A stretch of 64,000 bases of DNA from Phoronis australis (taxonomy: Eukaryota; Animalia; Phoronida). The stretch covers positions 208,969 to 272,968 of the forward strand of contig NMRA01000429.1 of NCBI GenBank assembly GCA_002633005.1, given 5' to 3'. The notes below the pieces were generated by a model. That model searched no databases. It was not told the origin of the DNA and saw only the letters and a program-made list of their open reading frames with translations. The stretch's first letter is position 1. Each line of letters begins with the position of its first letter. The translations under genes were made by a program, and so were the position numbers. Positions 37,787 to 51,415 of this stretch are shown one piece after another.

Positions 37787-40700
37787 TTTATTTATTATAG
37801 TGGCAAGTGCAATTAAATCAAACAGTTATAGGTATAACATTCGTGAGAAAGATAGGTACTCATTGCCGCTGAGTTATAACAGCAATTAACTTATTTACAC
37901 AAACGTTAGTTTTCCAAGCTCTGTGCTGCGAACTATAGATACTAATTAGGCACCCCAGAAAGATAAAAAATATCATTCATCCCAAAAATCATCTCATCAT
38001 TATCGACCGTAACTTGACAAAGACACGTTTTACCCACAGACTGTCATCCACAAACTGAGAAAATTGTCGACGTCCCAGACCGGAGCTTGGCGAGCGGACA
38101 AAATGAAACGCTTCCAAGCCGCCGTCGGTACTAGGACTGAAACTTACCTAATGAACTCATTGTTTTTTATAGAAAAAGCATTTCATTACTTATTATAATC
38201 TTACGTTTTCGAAAGGCGAAACACAAAGCGGCACAGAGTATTCTCGTCAAAGCAAGACTTGTCGAAGTGATCGCTGAATAGCAAGTAATTCCGAATCATG
38301 GCATCCTCGCCGGAATTATCCAATACTATTGACGTCACTCACAAACTCGTGCCATATCCTGGCGAATGTCACACCCGATACAAACACAGCGCCTCACCAT
38401 AGCAAACAGTTTTTAAAATAAAGCGAAAATGTGAACACAGACAGCAGAATATGTTTACCAAAAGGAAAAACGGATCTCACGCAATCTGTCGTTCAGGCTC
38501 TTACGACACACGGGATAGGGAATAACACGCTAGCGGTTATTTAGAGCACTGTAACAGCATCATCTACATTGTGGATACCAAAATCTCACTTCCTACTCGA
38601 AAGAGGTGTTCTGTAATAACGTGTTTCGTGGATGCATGTGGCAAGTTGCTATGATATTAATGATAACGATATGATGTACTTAAAGTCATATGATCCGTGT
38701 TAAAGACACCGTGAATCTGCATAAAAACCGTTGAAACATACTCTCTGATACTTAATTAGAACTTTTCGTAAGTATGAGGTCGATCTATTGCCTGTACATA
38801 TTTTTCTTTTATTTTTATTTTCTTTATATCTGCGTGATCAAAACAAACGAATGTTACCCAACTTTGACCTTTTGGCAACTCAAGACAAATAGTCAGTTGT
38901 TTCCGGTAATGTTTCGAAGCAGAGAAGTTTGCCATAGTTAGGTGATTTCTTCGTTCCATGAACATTTCGAAGACGATATTGCTCCCTGTAGGAGATGAAC
39001 AGTCTAACTACTACACTTAGAATTAAATGAAACCATTACCTGGGGGAAATTACGTACTGAATTTGATAGTAAGTGTTGTGATGGAGTCGAGCAAAATCTG
39101 ACAAGTTAACACAGGAACTAAACTTAATTGGTCTAAAAACAGTTAGAACAGAGAAGTTCCAAATAGAGGTACACTAACACTTTTGTGTATCCTATGGAAT
39201 GTATTGTTCAATGTTATCCATGTACTGCTCATATTGGCATTTTGTGTGTTAGTCATGGTTTTAAAGGATCATTGTAGTGTGCAACACCGCTGCACCAGCA
39301 ACTAACAACACTATTCAAGTAGCAGTGACAACATGATTAGAGTACTGAGCCATGTGCAGAGGAATGGGCTTAGGTGGCAATTGATGTTCGGTCTCTTCAC
39401 ATGCAGGTATGCTTTGAATTCAAGGCAAGAAACACTTTCTTAACACAACAGAATCGGTTTCTACATAACTTTTGTGTTATCAAGTCCCTCTTGTTGTTTT
39501 TTTCATCAGTAATCACACAAGTTTAATAGGAAACAAAACTGAAAACCTGTAATAAAATAAATTTGCTAGGTATCACTAAAAATATGCCACATGAAATACT
39601 GAAAATTATACTGACTCAAATCTTCATTACAAATGGATCACTGGCTTTTTGAAGAACAACACCAGTTTGCAGCAATGCTGACACCAACAAGAATGTTGTT
39701 GAAAACAACAATCCCCTTCATGTTGAGGTCATGTTTAAACTGCAACTCAAAAATAACGTGGCTTGTTTTTTCAAGCCTCACATATCTGAGGATTAGGGGG
39801 TTGTATTCAACTTGATGTGTCCATGCTCACTGGTTGATAATGAGTATCACCAGCTGTGATTGTCACCATGGTGTACCTGTGGAAGTGTCCACCACAGTGA
39901 AAAGATCTACAAGAAGCAACCTGTTACCTGTAATTACTCATGCTCTGAGTATTTCTTTATAAAGACAATTTTGTAAATCCAGTTAAGTACCCTCACTATG
40001 CACACGCGACTGTGAAAGAAAGCACTGCTGGTATGACGTTTGGAATAACCTTTTATCAGTTTGCTTCCAAAGCTCTGGCTATCCCCTGCAACATCCTAGA
40101 TCCACATGTGTGTAGTCTGTGTCGGAGTATTGTTTCACTTCATAATTGTGTTTTGTGTTGTGGAATCTGTAACAGTTAGCAATACATGTAGGTACAGCTG
40201 CCTAAAATTGAATTGTGACTAACCTAGTCATTTTTTGTTATGTGTCAATTGAACAGTCAATAGGCTTTGATAATTACAAAAACAAATTTGCACAGGAAGA
40301 GAGTTTGCTATTTATTTATGTTTAGCACTGTATGCAGTCCTTGTTATCCATTTAGCTAAACAAGCTACTGCTTGGGACCTACGCAAAATATGATCCACAT
40401 CTCGTCCTCGCGGGAGTGATTCAAAATTTGTTGCAACCTGGGAATCCACTAACCTAAAAAGATAAGTTTGCGGCCTTGCATGAAACAAGGGCTCCTGTTT
40501 CGTCACTTTAGGAGCCTCTCGAAAGTGGTGGCGACCGCGGAGGGAGAGGGGCAGTACGATAATTGTTTCGACGGAATTCAAATACTAGCGCCCCAGGGGT
40601 CTGTTTCATAAAAAGTGTCTTAAGACAGAAATTTGGTCTTGCAATCCACATAAATGTTTCAGACAAATATTTAAAACTCAATTTAGCAAACAAATAAATT

Positions 40701-41639
40701 TTCTGAAAACATACTCATAATTGTTAACTAGTGAGAAAATTTGTACAAATTATTTCCAGGCTATTATGTAATAATGATTATAGGACTAAACCTTTACTTG
40801 GCAATTGTAAGTGCAAACATTATAATTACGGCCCTGACTGTACGCCTCCAACATGAATATTCATTTAAGACTGTCTATGCATTACTGGTAGGTTCGTAAT
40901 AAGGTCCGGTTTTAGGCAAACTAAACAAACACAATAAAACACATTCATTGTTCGAGTTATGTTTAGTGATTGTCTGAAATTTAAGTATAAATAGCAAAAC
41001 AGCCATAATTTTTGGTCTGGCAGTTCATTATGTTTGAGACCATGTCAGGTGAATGAAATGGCATGCTGTCAATATATAGAGACTATCTCAAGAAGTAACG
41101 AATTGCTAGGAATTTTCAAGCCCAAAATTCACTCCTATTTTCATCAAAGAACAATTCGAGATCAATTTCATACCAATGATACATGGTCTAAATGGAAAAA
41201 ATTGGTTTTCGTGACAAAAGACACGTTTATATCTACTTTAAATTCTAATACAGCATAGATTCTTTACAAGAGCAGACACAAACCTTTGATGCAGATTGTG
41301 AGGATGCAGGTGACAAAGAAGATAAGGACAAGGGTGAACAACAGCTCTGAATCCCTGCAAGACGACAATAGTGGCATTTGTAAGAAGACACTCAGTTTAA
41401 AATTCATTCTGAGGCCTCTATACTGAAAACTCAGAGCTGCATCAATGAATCAAAAACAGTGACAATGAATCGACTGATGGAATCATACTGACAAAAGCGA
41501 ATTTAAGGGAAGCGAGGGGCTCACGTCCCATTGTGGACTTGGAAGGGTAACTAAGCAAAATACTGGCTTACATTTATTGACGAGTCTTTGAGTTAATTTG
41601 CCACGCAGGAAATGATTGAACATGATAGTTCCTATGAAA

Positions 41640-43590
41640 AGTGTAATATAAATTACCCATCTGATCTTAATACTGATTTTTGCCTTCTGAAATGTATGAG
41701 GCCATAGAACAATTGCCTAATGGCAAGGCTGGGGGTTATGATGGTGTGATTTTTGAAATGCTGAAGTGCACTGAGGTAACGATAGTGCCAGTCTTGCAGT
41801 TATTTAATGCAATTTTTGATTCTGGGTATTATCCCCAGACATGGTGTGACGCAGTGCTTATTCCAGTACATAAACAAGGTAATATCAATAATGAAAATAA
41901 CTATAAAGGTATTTCTCTGTTGTTTGCTTTGGGAAAACTTTTTACCAACTTTTAAACAATCGTCTTTATTACTGGGCTGAAAATAATGATAAACTTTATG
42001 AGTCTCAAGCTGGGTTTAGAAAAGGCTACTCTACGATTGACCAAGTGTTTACACTTCAAGCTATGTGCCACAAGTATTTGAGTCGGCAGGGTGGTAGATT
42101 TTACTGTGCCTTTGTAGATTTCTCGAAGGCAGTTGATCGAATCCCATATAATTTACTCTTCCATAGATTGAAAAACATTGATGTGCACGGTAAAATTTTC
42201 AACATAATCCGCTCTAAGCATATTAAATTGCGCACTTGTGTGAAAACTGATGATGGTCTTACAGAGCGATTTGGTTGTACTGTTGGCACTCGCCAGGGTT
42301 GCATGATCAGCCCATTATTATTTGTGTTGAATTTCTGGATCAAATGAGCGCAAAAAATAATATTAATAGCACATATCTCAGCGAACAAGTGTCAAGAGTT
42401 AACTCCCTGCTGGTGTTATGTTCCTCTACCGCCATCAACTTACAACGTATGCTAAATTGTTTGTCAGAGTTTTGCGAATAATTGGGCATGCAAGTTAACT
42501 TGAAGAAAACTAAAGTGGCCGTTTTCAGAAATGGCGGTCCCCTTAGACGATGTGAGAAATGGTTTTACAATGGAAAATTGGTCGATGTGGTGTCTCACTA
42601 CAAATACCTTGGACTACTTATTACTCCAAAAGTTTCGTGGACCAAAGCCTTACCTTGTCAAGCAAATAAAGCTTCCTCCGCAATTTGTAAATTAAAGCGA
42701 AGATGTCGTGATCTACCCCCGTCAATAGCCTTTCACCTGTTCGATAAAATGGTTTACCGCTGTCTGTGTTACGGCGCTGAGATATGGGGCTTTAAGGAAT
42801 ATGAACAATTGGAAAATGTACATATCAAGTTTTGTGAACGCATTTTAGGAGTAGGTAATGTTGTTGCCCATTGTTTACTAAATATTTTATATCCTGTATG
42901 AAATACTGGTTCAAAATACTGTAGATGCCTGGTAATCGTGGGGTAAAGGCTGCATATGATATGCTTTTTCAGCCAGACCTGATCTGAAGATCTTCCTATA
43001 ATTGGGGAAGTTTTGTACGGAAACTTCTGTTTTTGTATGGTTTTGCAGATGTATGTATTAATCAGGGTGTGGTAACCCAAGCGTATTTTTTGACACAACA
43101 ACTGTTATTTGCAAGGATGGCAATCTGATATCGAATGTAACGCAAAACTGCCTTACTATGTGAGGTATAAAACAATGTACTGTCTTGAGAATTATCTAGA
43201 CATAGTTAGTATCCCACGTGTTTTTATTCAGTCTCTGACTCGATTGCGATGCTCAAATCATTCGACACCACACAAATGTTCCCAATGAAAACAGGTTGTG
43301 TGAGTTATTAATTCTGGATGTGTAGAGGACGAATACCACATTGTGTTAGGTTGCAGTGCGTACCAAGACCTTCGGGTCAAGTACTAGAGTGGTCGTTTTT
43401 GTCATTCTCCCATGACATCTAAATGTGTATCTCTCACGAAAACTGCGTATATCCTACTTATAAAATTCGTCCATCATGCTCTCATGCGTCACAATTTATT
43501 ATCCAGTTTGAAACGTCGCACCTGACAATGTTCTGTCTTGTACATATTACACTTTGGGACTATGGCCATGTGTATATATTTCAATAAACC
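41640..43590 (+). mobile_element. Decayed 5'-truncated non-LTR retrotransposon (LINE ORF2 RT plus C-terminal Cys/His motif; RTE-X-like by appearance)
   Basis: KAGGYDG, YESQAGFRKGYSTIDQVFTL, FYCAFVDFSKA, GTRQGCMISPLLF, VNLKKTKV, YKYLG, YGAEIWG, VEDEYH; several frameshifts and stops; AATAAA near 43583. Confidence 0.9.
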
Positions 43591-45149
43591 ACATTATTTG
43601 ACTAATTTGTAACAGTGAATCAGCTTGTTAAAGCATGATTAACCTATATGTATAAAAATGTCGAAATTGACTGTTAATGAACACGTTCAGTACATTTATG
43701 CTCATGGTTGTAAATCATAGGTGTTGATGGTTGTAAATCATAGGTGCCATGTGCACACACAATAGGCCTTTTGAAATTGACATGCAAGTGCAGTGAAAGT
43801 AGTTCTTTGTGAAGCCTGTTCTTGGTCATACAATATCCCAGTTGCCCTACGTAAGTAAACACAGCGTAACAAAGGGTTTGTGGTCCTGGCTATGAGTTTT
43901 GAATAGCCAAGCCTGGAATGCTGCATTATGGCCATGATCAATTGTTTTAGGGCAATCAAAATGAGGACTTTGAAAATGGTGATTGCTCCCCGCACCAAAA
44001 TGATACACATAATTTCAATCAGCAACTGGAGTCAGATTGCAGTTATACAACAGTTGTAAGCCAGTTGAAAATTCTCCATTGCGAATTAGTTACTTTCCAA
44101 CTGTTCCTTGCTAAACTGGACATCCTCCAAAGCACTGACAACTTAGAGTAAAACATAATACTGACTTGATTGAAGTAGGGTAACGCATACCTAAGATAAA
44201 TAACTCCAACTAAATACTGTTTCATGCTTTTCAATGAGCATTTTTGTTTTAATACGGAACATCGGTGACACCTGTTGCCAAAATATAAACCACACATCAT
44301 ATGCAAAGTGCACTCGTCGTTCAAATATATTCTCTAATATTTGTTTGATAAGCTGGTTGGCTGTTTTCGTAAATTTAGACATAGAATTCTAGGTTCAAGC
44401 AGTTTTTAGTAAAAAACTCGCTACAATTGAGATGTAAACGCCTTGGTCTACGTATTTTTTGTAAAAAAAGTCACTGTGTGGGGAGAGGGGGTTGCTGGTG
44501 AACGGTGGTGCGGGCAATGTGTCGTCGCAATCACGGACACACTGAAGTATTGGGAACCCGGATTTAGACACCCTATTTTGGAAATACTGAATGAATTCTT
44601 GAATACAAATTGAACTTGCTTTAAACAAGGCAAGTTTAAATACCTTAAATGAAACACAGTGATACCTTTGTCTGATTAGGATTGAGAGTTGTGAGCTGAA
44701 TAAAATGTGAACTATCAATCCATGAGATATTAAGGATATAACATGAAACAATACCTCAAGGTTTCTTCAGGCGATCTGCAACTATGACCAGTCTGGGACT
44801 CCTCCAAAATTTGTACAAGGGGTTCGTCTAAACCACTCATTCTAAAAGTACAGATGACAAAGCAGGCTTTAAACACTAAAATTTGACTAATTTTACCAGG
44901 AGCAATCACGAGATTTAATAATGTACTTAAAGTCAATTTGTCATACCTTTACGTTTAAAGCTACTTTGATTTACCAGTAGGTAAAATTTATAGCTGAGAT
45001 AGAATCATTCTAACCTGACAACACGATAGACTTATAATGTAACATTAATATTGGCGAAAATTCAGGCTACACATAGCCTAATCTCTATATTCGATACACA
45101 ACTCAAAACTTGAGCAGGCAACTTGGCTGGCTAATCTTCTGAGGTGGTG

Positions 45150-45415
45150 GGTTCCGAATCCAGTAGGGCAGGACGACCGCGTTTCGGGTTCGGCCATACA
45201 CTAGGCCTACCAGTCTCCGCCATTTGTATTTCTGTTGGCCTTTGTAGCTGCGCATGCGTTGTTGTAACAACTTTTGTAGTTTAGTGACCACCCTTTTTAT
45301 TCTTTGTAAACATTTCACTCGTTCGTAATATTAAAAGTTACTTTTTGAACTTTACTTAAAAAAACGGCTAAAATGGCGTTAAGAGTTTTTTGTCTATAAC
45401 TCGGACCATAGGCCT
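45150..45415 (-). mobile_element. Kolobok-like terminal arm, inverted relative to 63391
   Basis: Ends ctcggaccataggcct|ttaa; shares acaacaacgcatgcgcagc and cgaaacgc.gtcgtcctgc blocks with 63391..63715. Confidence 0.65.
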
Positions 45416-48018
45416 TTAAAGGTGTACTTTGTCCACATTAATTTCCGTTACAAATATTATGTGGAAAATAGAAAATACATGAAAAGGAAGACTCAAAAAT
45501 ACTTCGTAATTTGGCCATAGAGACTATAAGTGCTTGGTCCGTCCAAGACGCGCGCACTCCTGTTTTAGACCAGTTACCGCTGTAAAATTAGTCTCAACTC
45601 GGTGATTCCTTAATGGGCAAAGAAGTGACAAGTCATTATTAGCTGAGATAAGTCAGTGCATAAAATGACTCACAGTGATAAGATTTGGTCTTTCACCTCT
45701 AAATTGACCAACGAACAACTTGAGACCATAACGCTAGCACATCAACGGCGGCTGCATTTTGCGGTGAAGACGGTTTCATAACTGTTTTCATGAACTAAAT
45801 TATATCAGAAGTATAGCGTTCAAAATTTTTAAAAGCGATTAAATTATAAATAAAAAGTAAGGCTCTGTGATCCACGGCAATCCTCAATTGTTTGGAACAA
45901 GAATGAAAAATCTGCGAGAACGAATCTGCCTAAGGTAAAATATATTATTTACGGCCATCGAATCACAGAATGTATATTATGACACGGTCTTATGGTCAGA
46001 AGAAAGTTATTTTTTTTTAAAAACCTCGTTAATTTTCTATGTGAAAGCTCTAATGGGAGATTGAATATTCGTTTATTTTTTATCAAAAATAAACTTCCGT
46101 AACTGACCGATCAAAGGTTTGCCTTGGGCCTATTAGCAACAAGGGGACCTTTAATAGTTATGGTGTACAATGTACATTGAAACTGAAAAAAAAATATTTT
46201 AGCAAGTATTTTTCCGTTGCCAAGGCGTGCGGACGATAAATGCTTCTGGGTTTTACTGAGGAATTTTCACAACATAACAATTAAGAGAAGAATGACAGAT
46301 AATTTCAACAATGGCATCGAAAATGAGTTAGAAAATCGATTTCCAATTTTGTATGGAACGTTACGTGTACCGTGATGGTTGTATTTTCTTTTATTGCGTT
46401 ATCATGGACTATTATACGAGTGACATTGTGCTGATAGACCACTTTCGCTACAATTATGATCAAATGCGTCACTTGACAGGAATACGATTCTATTCTCGTT
46501 ACCAACAAGAATATCACAGCCTTCAGCAACTCAATAACTCGATTCAGAGTTTATTGTGGTTTTAGACACGGATGGCCAGCACTAAAATTTTGAGGTCGAA
46601 AATGACGCCTTGCCTGTGACGATATGGTAACAAAACTGAAACCTATTACGTGGCAGGAAACTATATTAGACTGATTTCATGAGAACAAAAGGCTTAAGCA
46701 AGTTTCGTTCTTAATTGAGTCAGGTAAACGGGGCGAAATGCAACATAAGCACTGTCTTTTTTCAATAGAAGTCATGCACCAGTCACTTGTAACGTCCTGG
46801 GAATTTGAAGTGGGGGTGTAAGTTAAGCTGACTGAAGTCTTCGTCGGATGAGCTCTCGCAGGCATTGCGAGTTGCCACGTTGACTGTTATTATTCTGCGT
46901 TCTGTTTCAAAATGAATTATTCTCACCCTAACCAATGCTTATAAATCTGAAAAAAGTCTCTCTCATTAGATACAATTTGTAAAGCCTTTGGAGTATTCTT
47001 GAGTGCAAATGTTTTGAGAAGACAGCAATGAATAAACCACTGCGTTACCGGCTTCAGATGCAATAAATGTAATTGACCGGGCACCAAGGCCGTGTGAGCG
47101 CGTATCAATTCAGTGTTTGCTGACAGAAAGCTGTTGTGAAACAACTCGATTTTATATGCTATGGTCACATGTTAGGGGAATCTTTATTTAGTTATACAAA
47201 TACATTATAAACGTCATTGTTACTATACAACTTTTGCCCTGACGGTCACGGTTCTGGAAAAGGGCAACTTGACTTCGCGGCACCCGACAAGTAAATAGAT
47301 TTGCAGTTTCGTGGCTAATTCACCAAACTAATTACGTGTACATTATTTTTTTGGCTCACTAGTATAGTCTTTTTGTGACTGGTGGTTTAGTTTCCAACTT
47401 AAGCTGGTTTAAGTTCGTGATGTCCAGTCCCAGCGGCCGCGACGGGCCTGATCGGGTTCCGAGGCACTAGCTAGGATAACAAGCGTTTTGTGTGTTTAGA
47501 ACCTAAAAAATCGCAAGTCTTGAGTACAACACGCAGCTATTTTCAACTCTGAAGGCTACCATGCGTTCAAATACTTATAAATCCGTAACAGTGAAATAAA
47601 ACAACCCGTTTTTTCAAAAACTTGATGTATTTGTATAGGTTTTACATCGAAATCTGATGATTTATTGGTGTAAAACGATGCATTCAAGCGATAAGGTGAC
47701 ACCAGTAAATGTGTTGTGAACGGCTGAACAGCGGTCGAACCGATTACGTCATTGGTTAATTTCCACACCTCCGTCTGCCGTCAGGTGTCAGGTAAAACAA
47801 CTGAACTTGCTGTTATCGCGTGGACTTACTCGATCTAAATTGATACAAAATAGGTTGTTTTTTGGGTGGCATTCTCCTTTAAAATTAAAAAAGTGTACTT
47901 AACTCTTTGTTAAAATGAGCGATCAAAACGTTTTAGTGGTAATTGAGTTACTTACGCACTGCGAATGAGTGTTGAAATAGCGAACATAGCTAAGGCATGT
48001 TATAGGTTCTAACAAGTT

Positions 48019-48338
48019 TTCACCGAATAATTAACCGAAGACCTTAAAACATTCACCGCTCACGACTTCATCGGCGTTTTCTTGGCTTCGGCGAATCAAC
48101 TTAATTTGAACTTAGGAATACGAGTTCTCGAAAACGGCTTAGTGGATTTCCCTGAATCTTTCCAACTTAATACTAAGTCAGTCTCAAAAACGCTATTACA
48201 CTTTTTGATGTAAATGCTTACTTTTTGCGTAATGTAACGAAAACCAATACTGTACGTTTTGCGAGTTGATTTGCCATAGATGCTAAACTAAGAGACGAAA
48301 CGGAAATTTTTAACAGCGTTTTTGAGGTGGCTGGTGAA
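48019..48338 (+). mobile_element. MITE family copy (second copy at about 57522..57710)
   Basis: Both begin ttcaccgaataattaaccgaag and end aacagcgtttttgaggt..ctggtgaa. Confidence 0.65.
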
Positions 48339-49318
48339 GTTTTCATTTAAAAGGGTTTCATTAAAATTGACTGAGGCGTTATTTTGCTTTGAATTTATCT
48401 TTCATAAAAATAAACTTGAGAATGATCTCAGAAATTACCTTTTTCGCCTGCAATGTCCCTTTAAGGCCCTTTAGCCTGAGCTGTTGGCTGTCAAAAACCA
48501 AGACTTGCGTTTTTCAACGATTGCTGACGTCTTCTATTTTGACAGCGGAGATATCTGGCAAAAGACCACAAGAGAGAACCTCAGAATCTTTTTTTAAATT
48601 AAGAAAATCAAAAAAAAAAACAAGAATAAGCAAGTTCCATGGGAAAAAATGTGCTTGTGAAAAGTCGAGAATTTTTAGGGAAAAACGCAAAGTAAAAGAC
48701 ATCAACCATAGTTTCAATCATAGCACAAAGCTTATATTTGCCCAATAATTGTCCCAAAATGATAGTGAGGCAAGAAGAGGATATTTTATTTTTTAACCAG
48801 TTTATCATGACGAAAATGGCAAACTATCCATAATTTATCCGACTTGTTGAGTGAGTAGCATAACCTACATTTAGTTCATTTGTCAAATAAAACTGCAACT
48901 TCACATATATTTACCATTGTAAACAATGAAAGTTTTTTTCCCGTCAATAAGAAAAGTCCAGTAACTTGGCTGTAGAGTTTGCTAGTCATCTATATCGGGT
49001 GACGAGAACACTCAACATGATGTCGCGATTATAGTAAAGAATCGACTTATTTGCCCGACATGTTGGGCCAATAGCTCGACTAGTGCTTGAAATATAGCTT
49101 GACTATAGGCTTGTAATAAACGTATCTATTGGAAGACACGCATTGTTGTGCAATAATTGCTCCTCGCACGTAACTGTTACCATGGCAAATGTTCCGTTGA
49201 ATTGCCGGTTTGTCTTTAAATGAGCAGAAATGACGCGTGTTTCAACTATGTGGCAAAATCGGACCAAGGAAGAATCAGGGACTCTTACCTTACCATTTCA
49301 ATTTGCTAGTAAGTAAAA

Positions 49319-50302
49319 ATGCACAACGAATCAGTATACCTCAATAATACGCCAGCGTGGTATGTTGCGAATCAAATGCCTCGAATCGTTCTTTACACGC
49401 TCTTTGGTTTCGAGATTGCCATTATCGTAGCAACTTGTTTCGGAAGCAGCTTGGTCTGTTTAGCTTTCATCAAGTTTCAGGAAGTACGTTCAGAGAACAC
49501 GAGTACCATAATCTTCGGCCTTGGACTTAGCGATCTGCTACACGGACTTAGTTTGCCGGTCCACATGTTCAAGACTTTGGCCATACCACTGTTTTGGGAC
49601 TCGCTGCCAATGGCCGCTGTGTCAAGTTCAACAACCTGCGCAGCTATGATGTACGTGATAACGCTGCAGATCAACGTGGCAAGAGCTATGCTCGTCGTAG
49701 TCAACGTTGATAGATTTATATTCATTCGCTTTCCTCTGCGACACGAAACTATCATGACAGCCTCCATGTCGAAAAGACTTGTATGCGCAGCCTTCGCTTA
49801 CCCACTTGTAATAAGCATGTTTCTTTTGCCTACGGTAAACAACAGCTTCAGTTATGACCGAGATTTTTGTTGTTTTCAGACAGCATTTGCCAAAACTCCA
49901 TTGAGGATCCTGTACGTCGTTTTGACAGTTTATATTCCTGAAATAATTATCATTTCACTTCACATCTACATAATTTCTCAAGCATGTCATCAGCGCAATG
50001 CCGTCCAGGAGCAAGACGATCAAGAAACACGTCGACGTTCGCAGTTCAAGATTACAAAGGCAATGTTGAAGTTTGTTGCGCTTAAGTTGATTAGCACGTG
50101 GCCCCATCTAATTGTTAAGAACGTCTACCCACCGACAGATAAGGCGTTAGAGGACTGGAGATATTTCTCCTTGCTTGTTTTCACAACACAAATCACAGGA
50201 CTGAATTCAATTTTTAACCCAATCTTGTATGTGTTAGCAGTGCCAGCCTTTAAAACGGCTTTTCGCAAGATGTTCTCAAAATTACACTCATTGACGTCCT
50301 GA
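49319..50302 (+). CDS. Intronless class A (rhodopsin-like) 7TM GPCR, orphan, 327 aa
   Basis: Seven hydrophobic segments; LSDLL (D2.50), C3.25, VDRFIFIRFPLRH, ECL2 Cys, P5.50, WP in TM6, NSIFNPILY, helix 8 FKTAFRKMF; N-terminal sequons NES and NNT. Confidence 0.93.
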   Translation: MHNESVYLNNTPAWYVANQMPRIVLYTLFGFEIAIIVATCFGSSLVCLAFIKFQEVRSENTSTIIFGLGLSDLLHGLSLPVHMFKTLAIPLFWDSLPMAAVSSSTTCAAMMYVITLQINVARAMLVVVNVDRFIFIRFPLRHETIMTASMSKRLVCAAFAYPLVISMFLLPTVNNSFSYDRDFCCFQTAFAKTPLRILYVVLTVYIPEIIIISLHIYIISQACHQRNAVQEQDDQETRRRSQFKITKAMLKFVALKLISTWPHLIVKNVYPPTDKALEDWRYFSLLVFTTQITGLNSIFNPILYVLAVPAFKTAFRKMFSKLHSLTS

Positions 50303-51415
50303 CTTGACTAGCAAGCAGACGATAAGAGGTTGAATTTTGTTACGAGAAAGCAGTGGGTGCACGACTCAGTTATTTTTTATGGTAACAACGTATCTATTTA
50401 TCGTAGTGTGCCAACAGTTGATGGTATTCTTAGTGGTCTCCCGGCGCGTTTTCTTTATTTTAAGCAAAAGATTTCCATGGACGTAAACCGTGCACGAAAG
50501 TAGTATGTTTCTGCATTCCATTTGCCTACAGACAGTGTCTTGGGAATTTCTGCCAAAGTGTCTTATCCTGAAAACTTGGCTGTCAAAATGAAGACTCCCA
50601 AACTATTTGTGGAATATTGAAATCTTCATTTCTGACATCCGTGTTCTCGGGCTAAACGGACTTAACCAAAATCTGACAAACTGGTAAATATAAATCGCTT
50701 ATCTCATGAGTAATGTTCCATGTCTGTGGATGTTAGGCGACCTCCAATGAAAATAAATAACTGAAACAAAGCGGTCTGTGACTTCCGACGAAGTAGGGTG
50801 CGTTCTGTAGACGCAAGCAACCTAGCGAAAAAAATGAGATATCGCAAGACCACGTAAAATCACGCAAGTGAAAGGCGAGTGTTGGCGCTTTGCCGCTAAG
50901 ACGTTGCGCTGCACGTAATAAGAAGTCACGCGGCATGTGATAAAGGTTGACCAGCCACTGACGGCTTGGTCTAAAACGTTTTGCTGCGCATAAAGCTAAA
51001 AAGGGACTTTATCGGCAAGTTTGTGCATTCTGTCAAATGTCTACAAAACTACAAAGTTTTGAGACTGTAATTGTATGTTTTCTGAAAAGAGGAAATCTTT
51101 CATTAGAACTTGAGTTTTGATTTTATGCCAATCTGCCATTGATGAAGTCACGTGACACTGTCTTTTCAATAAGTTCAGAAAAAAGGAAATCACGTTCATA
51201 GCGAAACAAGGACATCATTAACACGACCTGAATTTGTTTGATTTAAACGTTAAGTTTCGTTTGAATCCGATCAGCCATCCCTGTGAAAAGATGTTCCAAT
51301 TTTAGGCAAACTTGGACAGTTCTAGGTTCCTACATAACAGTATTATCGGCACTAAATGATTCTTACTGCACGAAACGATCGATTTATGTGATTATATAGC
51401 GATTACATAAATGTA

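Noticed and set aside
43674-44751. Cluster of minus-strand ORFs
   Set aside because: No motif I can recognise; possibly decayed transposon sequence but unsupported.
46353-46565. 70-aa Tyr-rich ORF with an ATG start
   Set aside because: Short, no recognisable domain and no supporting splice or promoter context.
49319-50302. Opsin or biogenic-amine receptor assignment
   Set aside because: No Lys at 7.43 (Gly) and no Asp at 3.32 (Ile).
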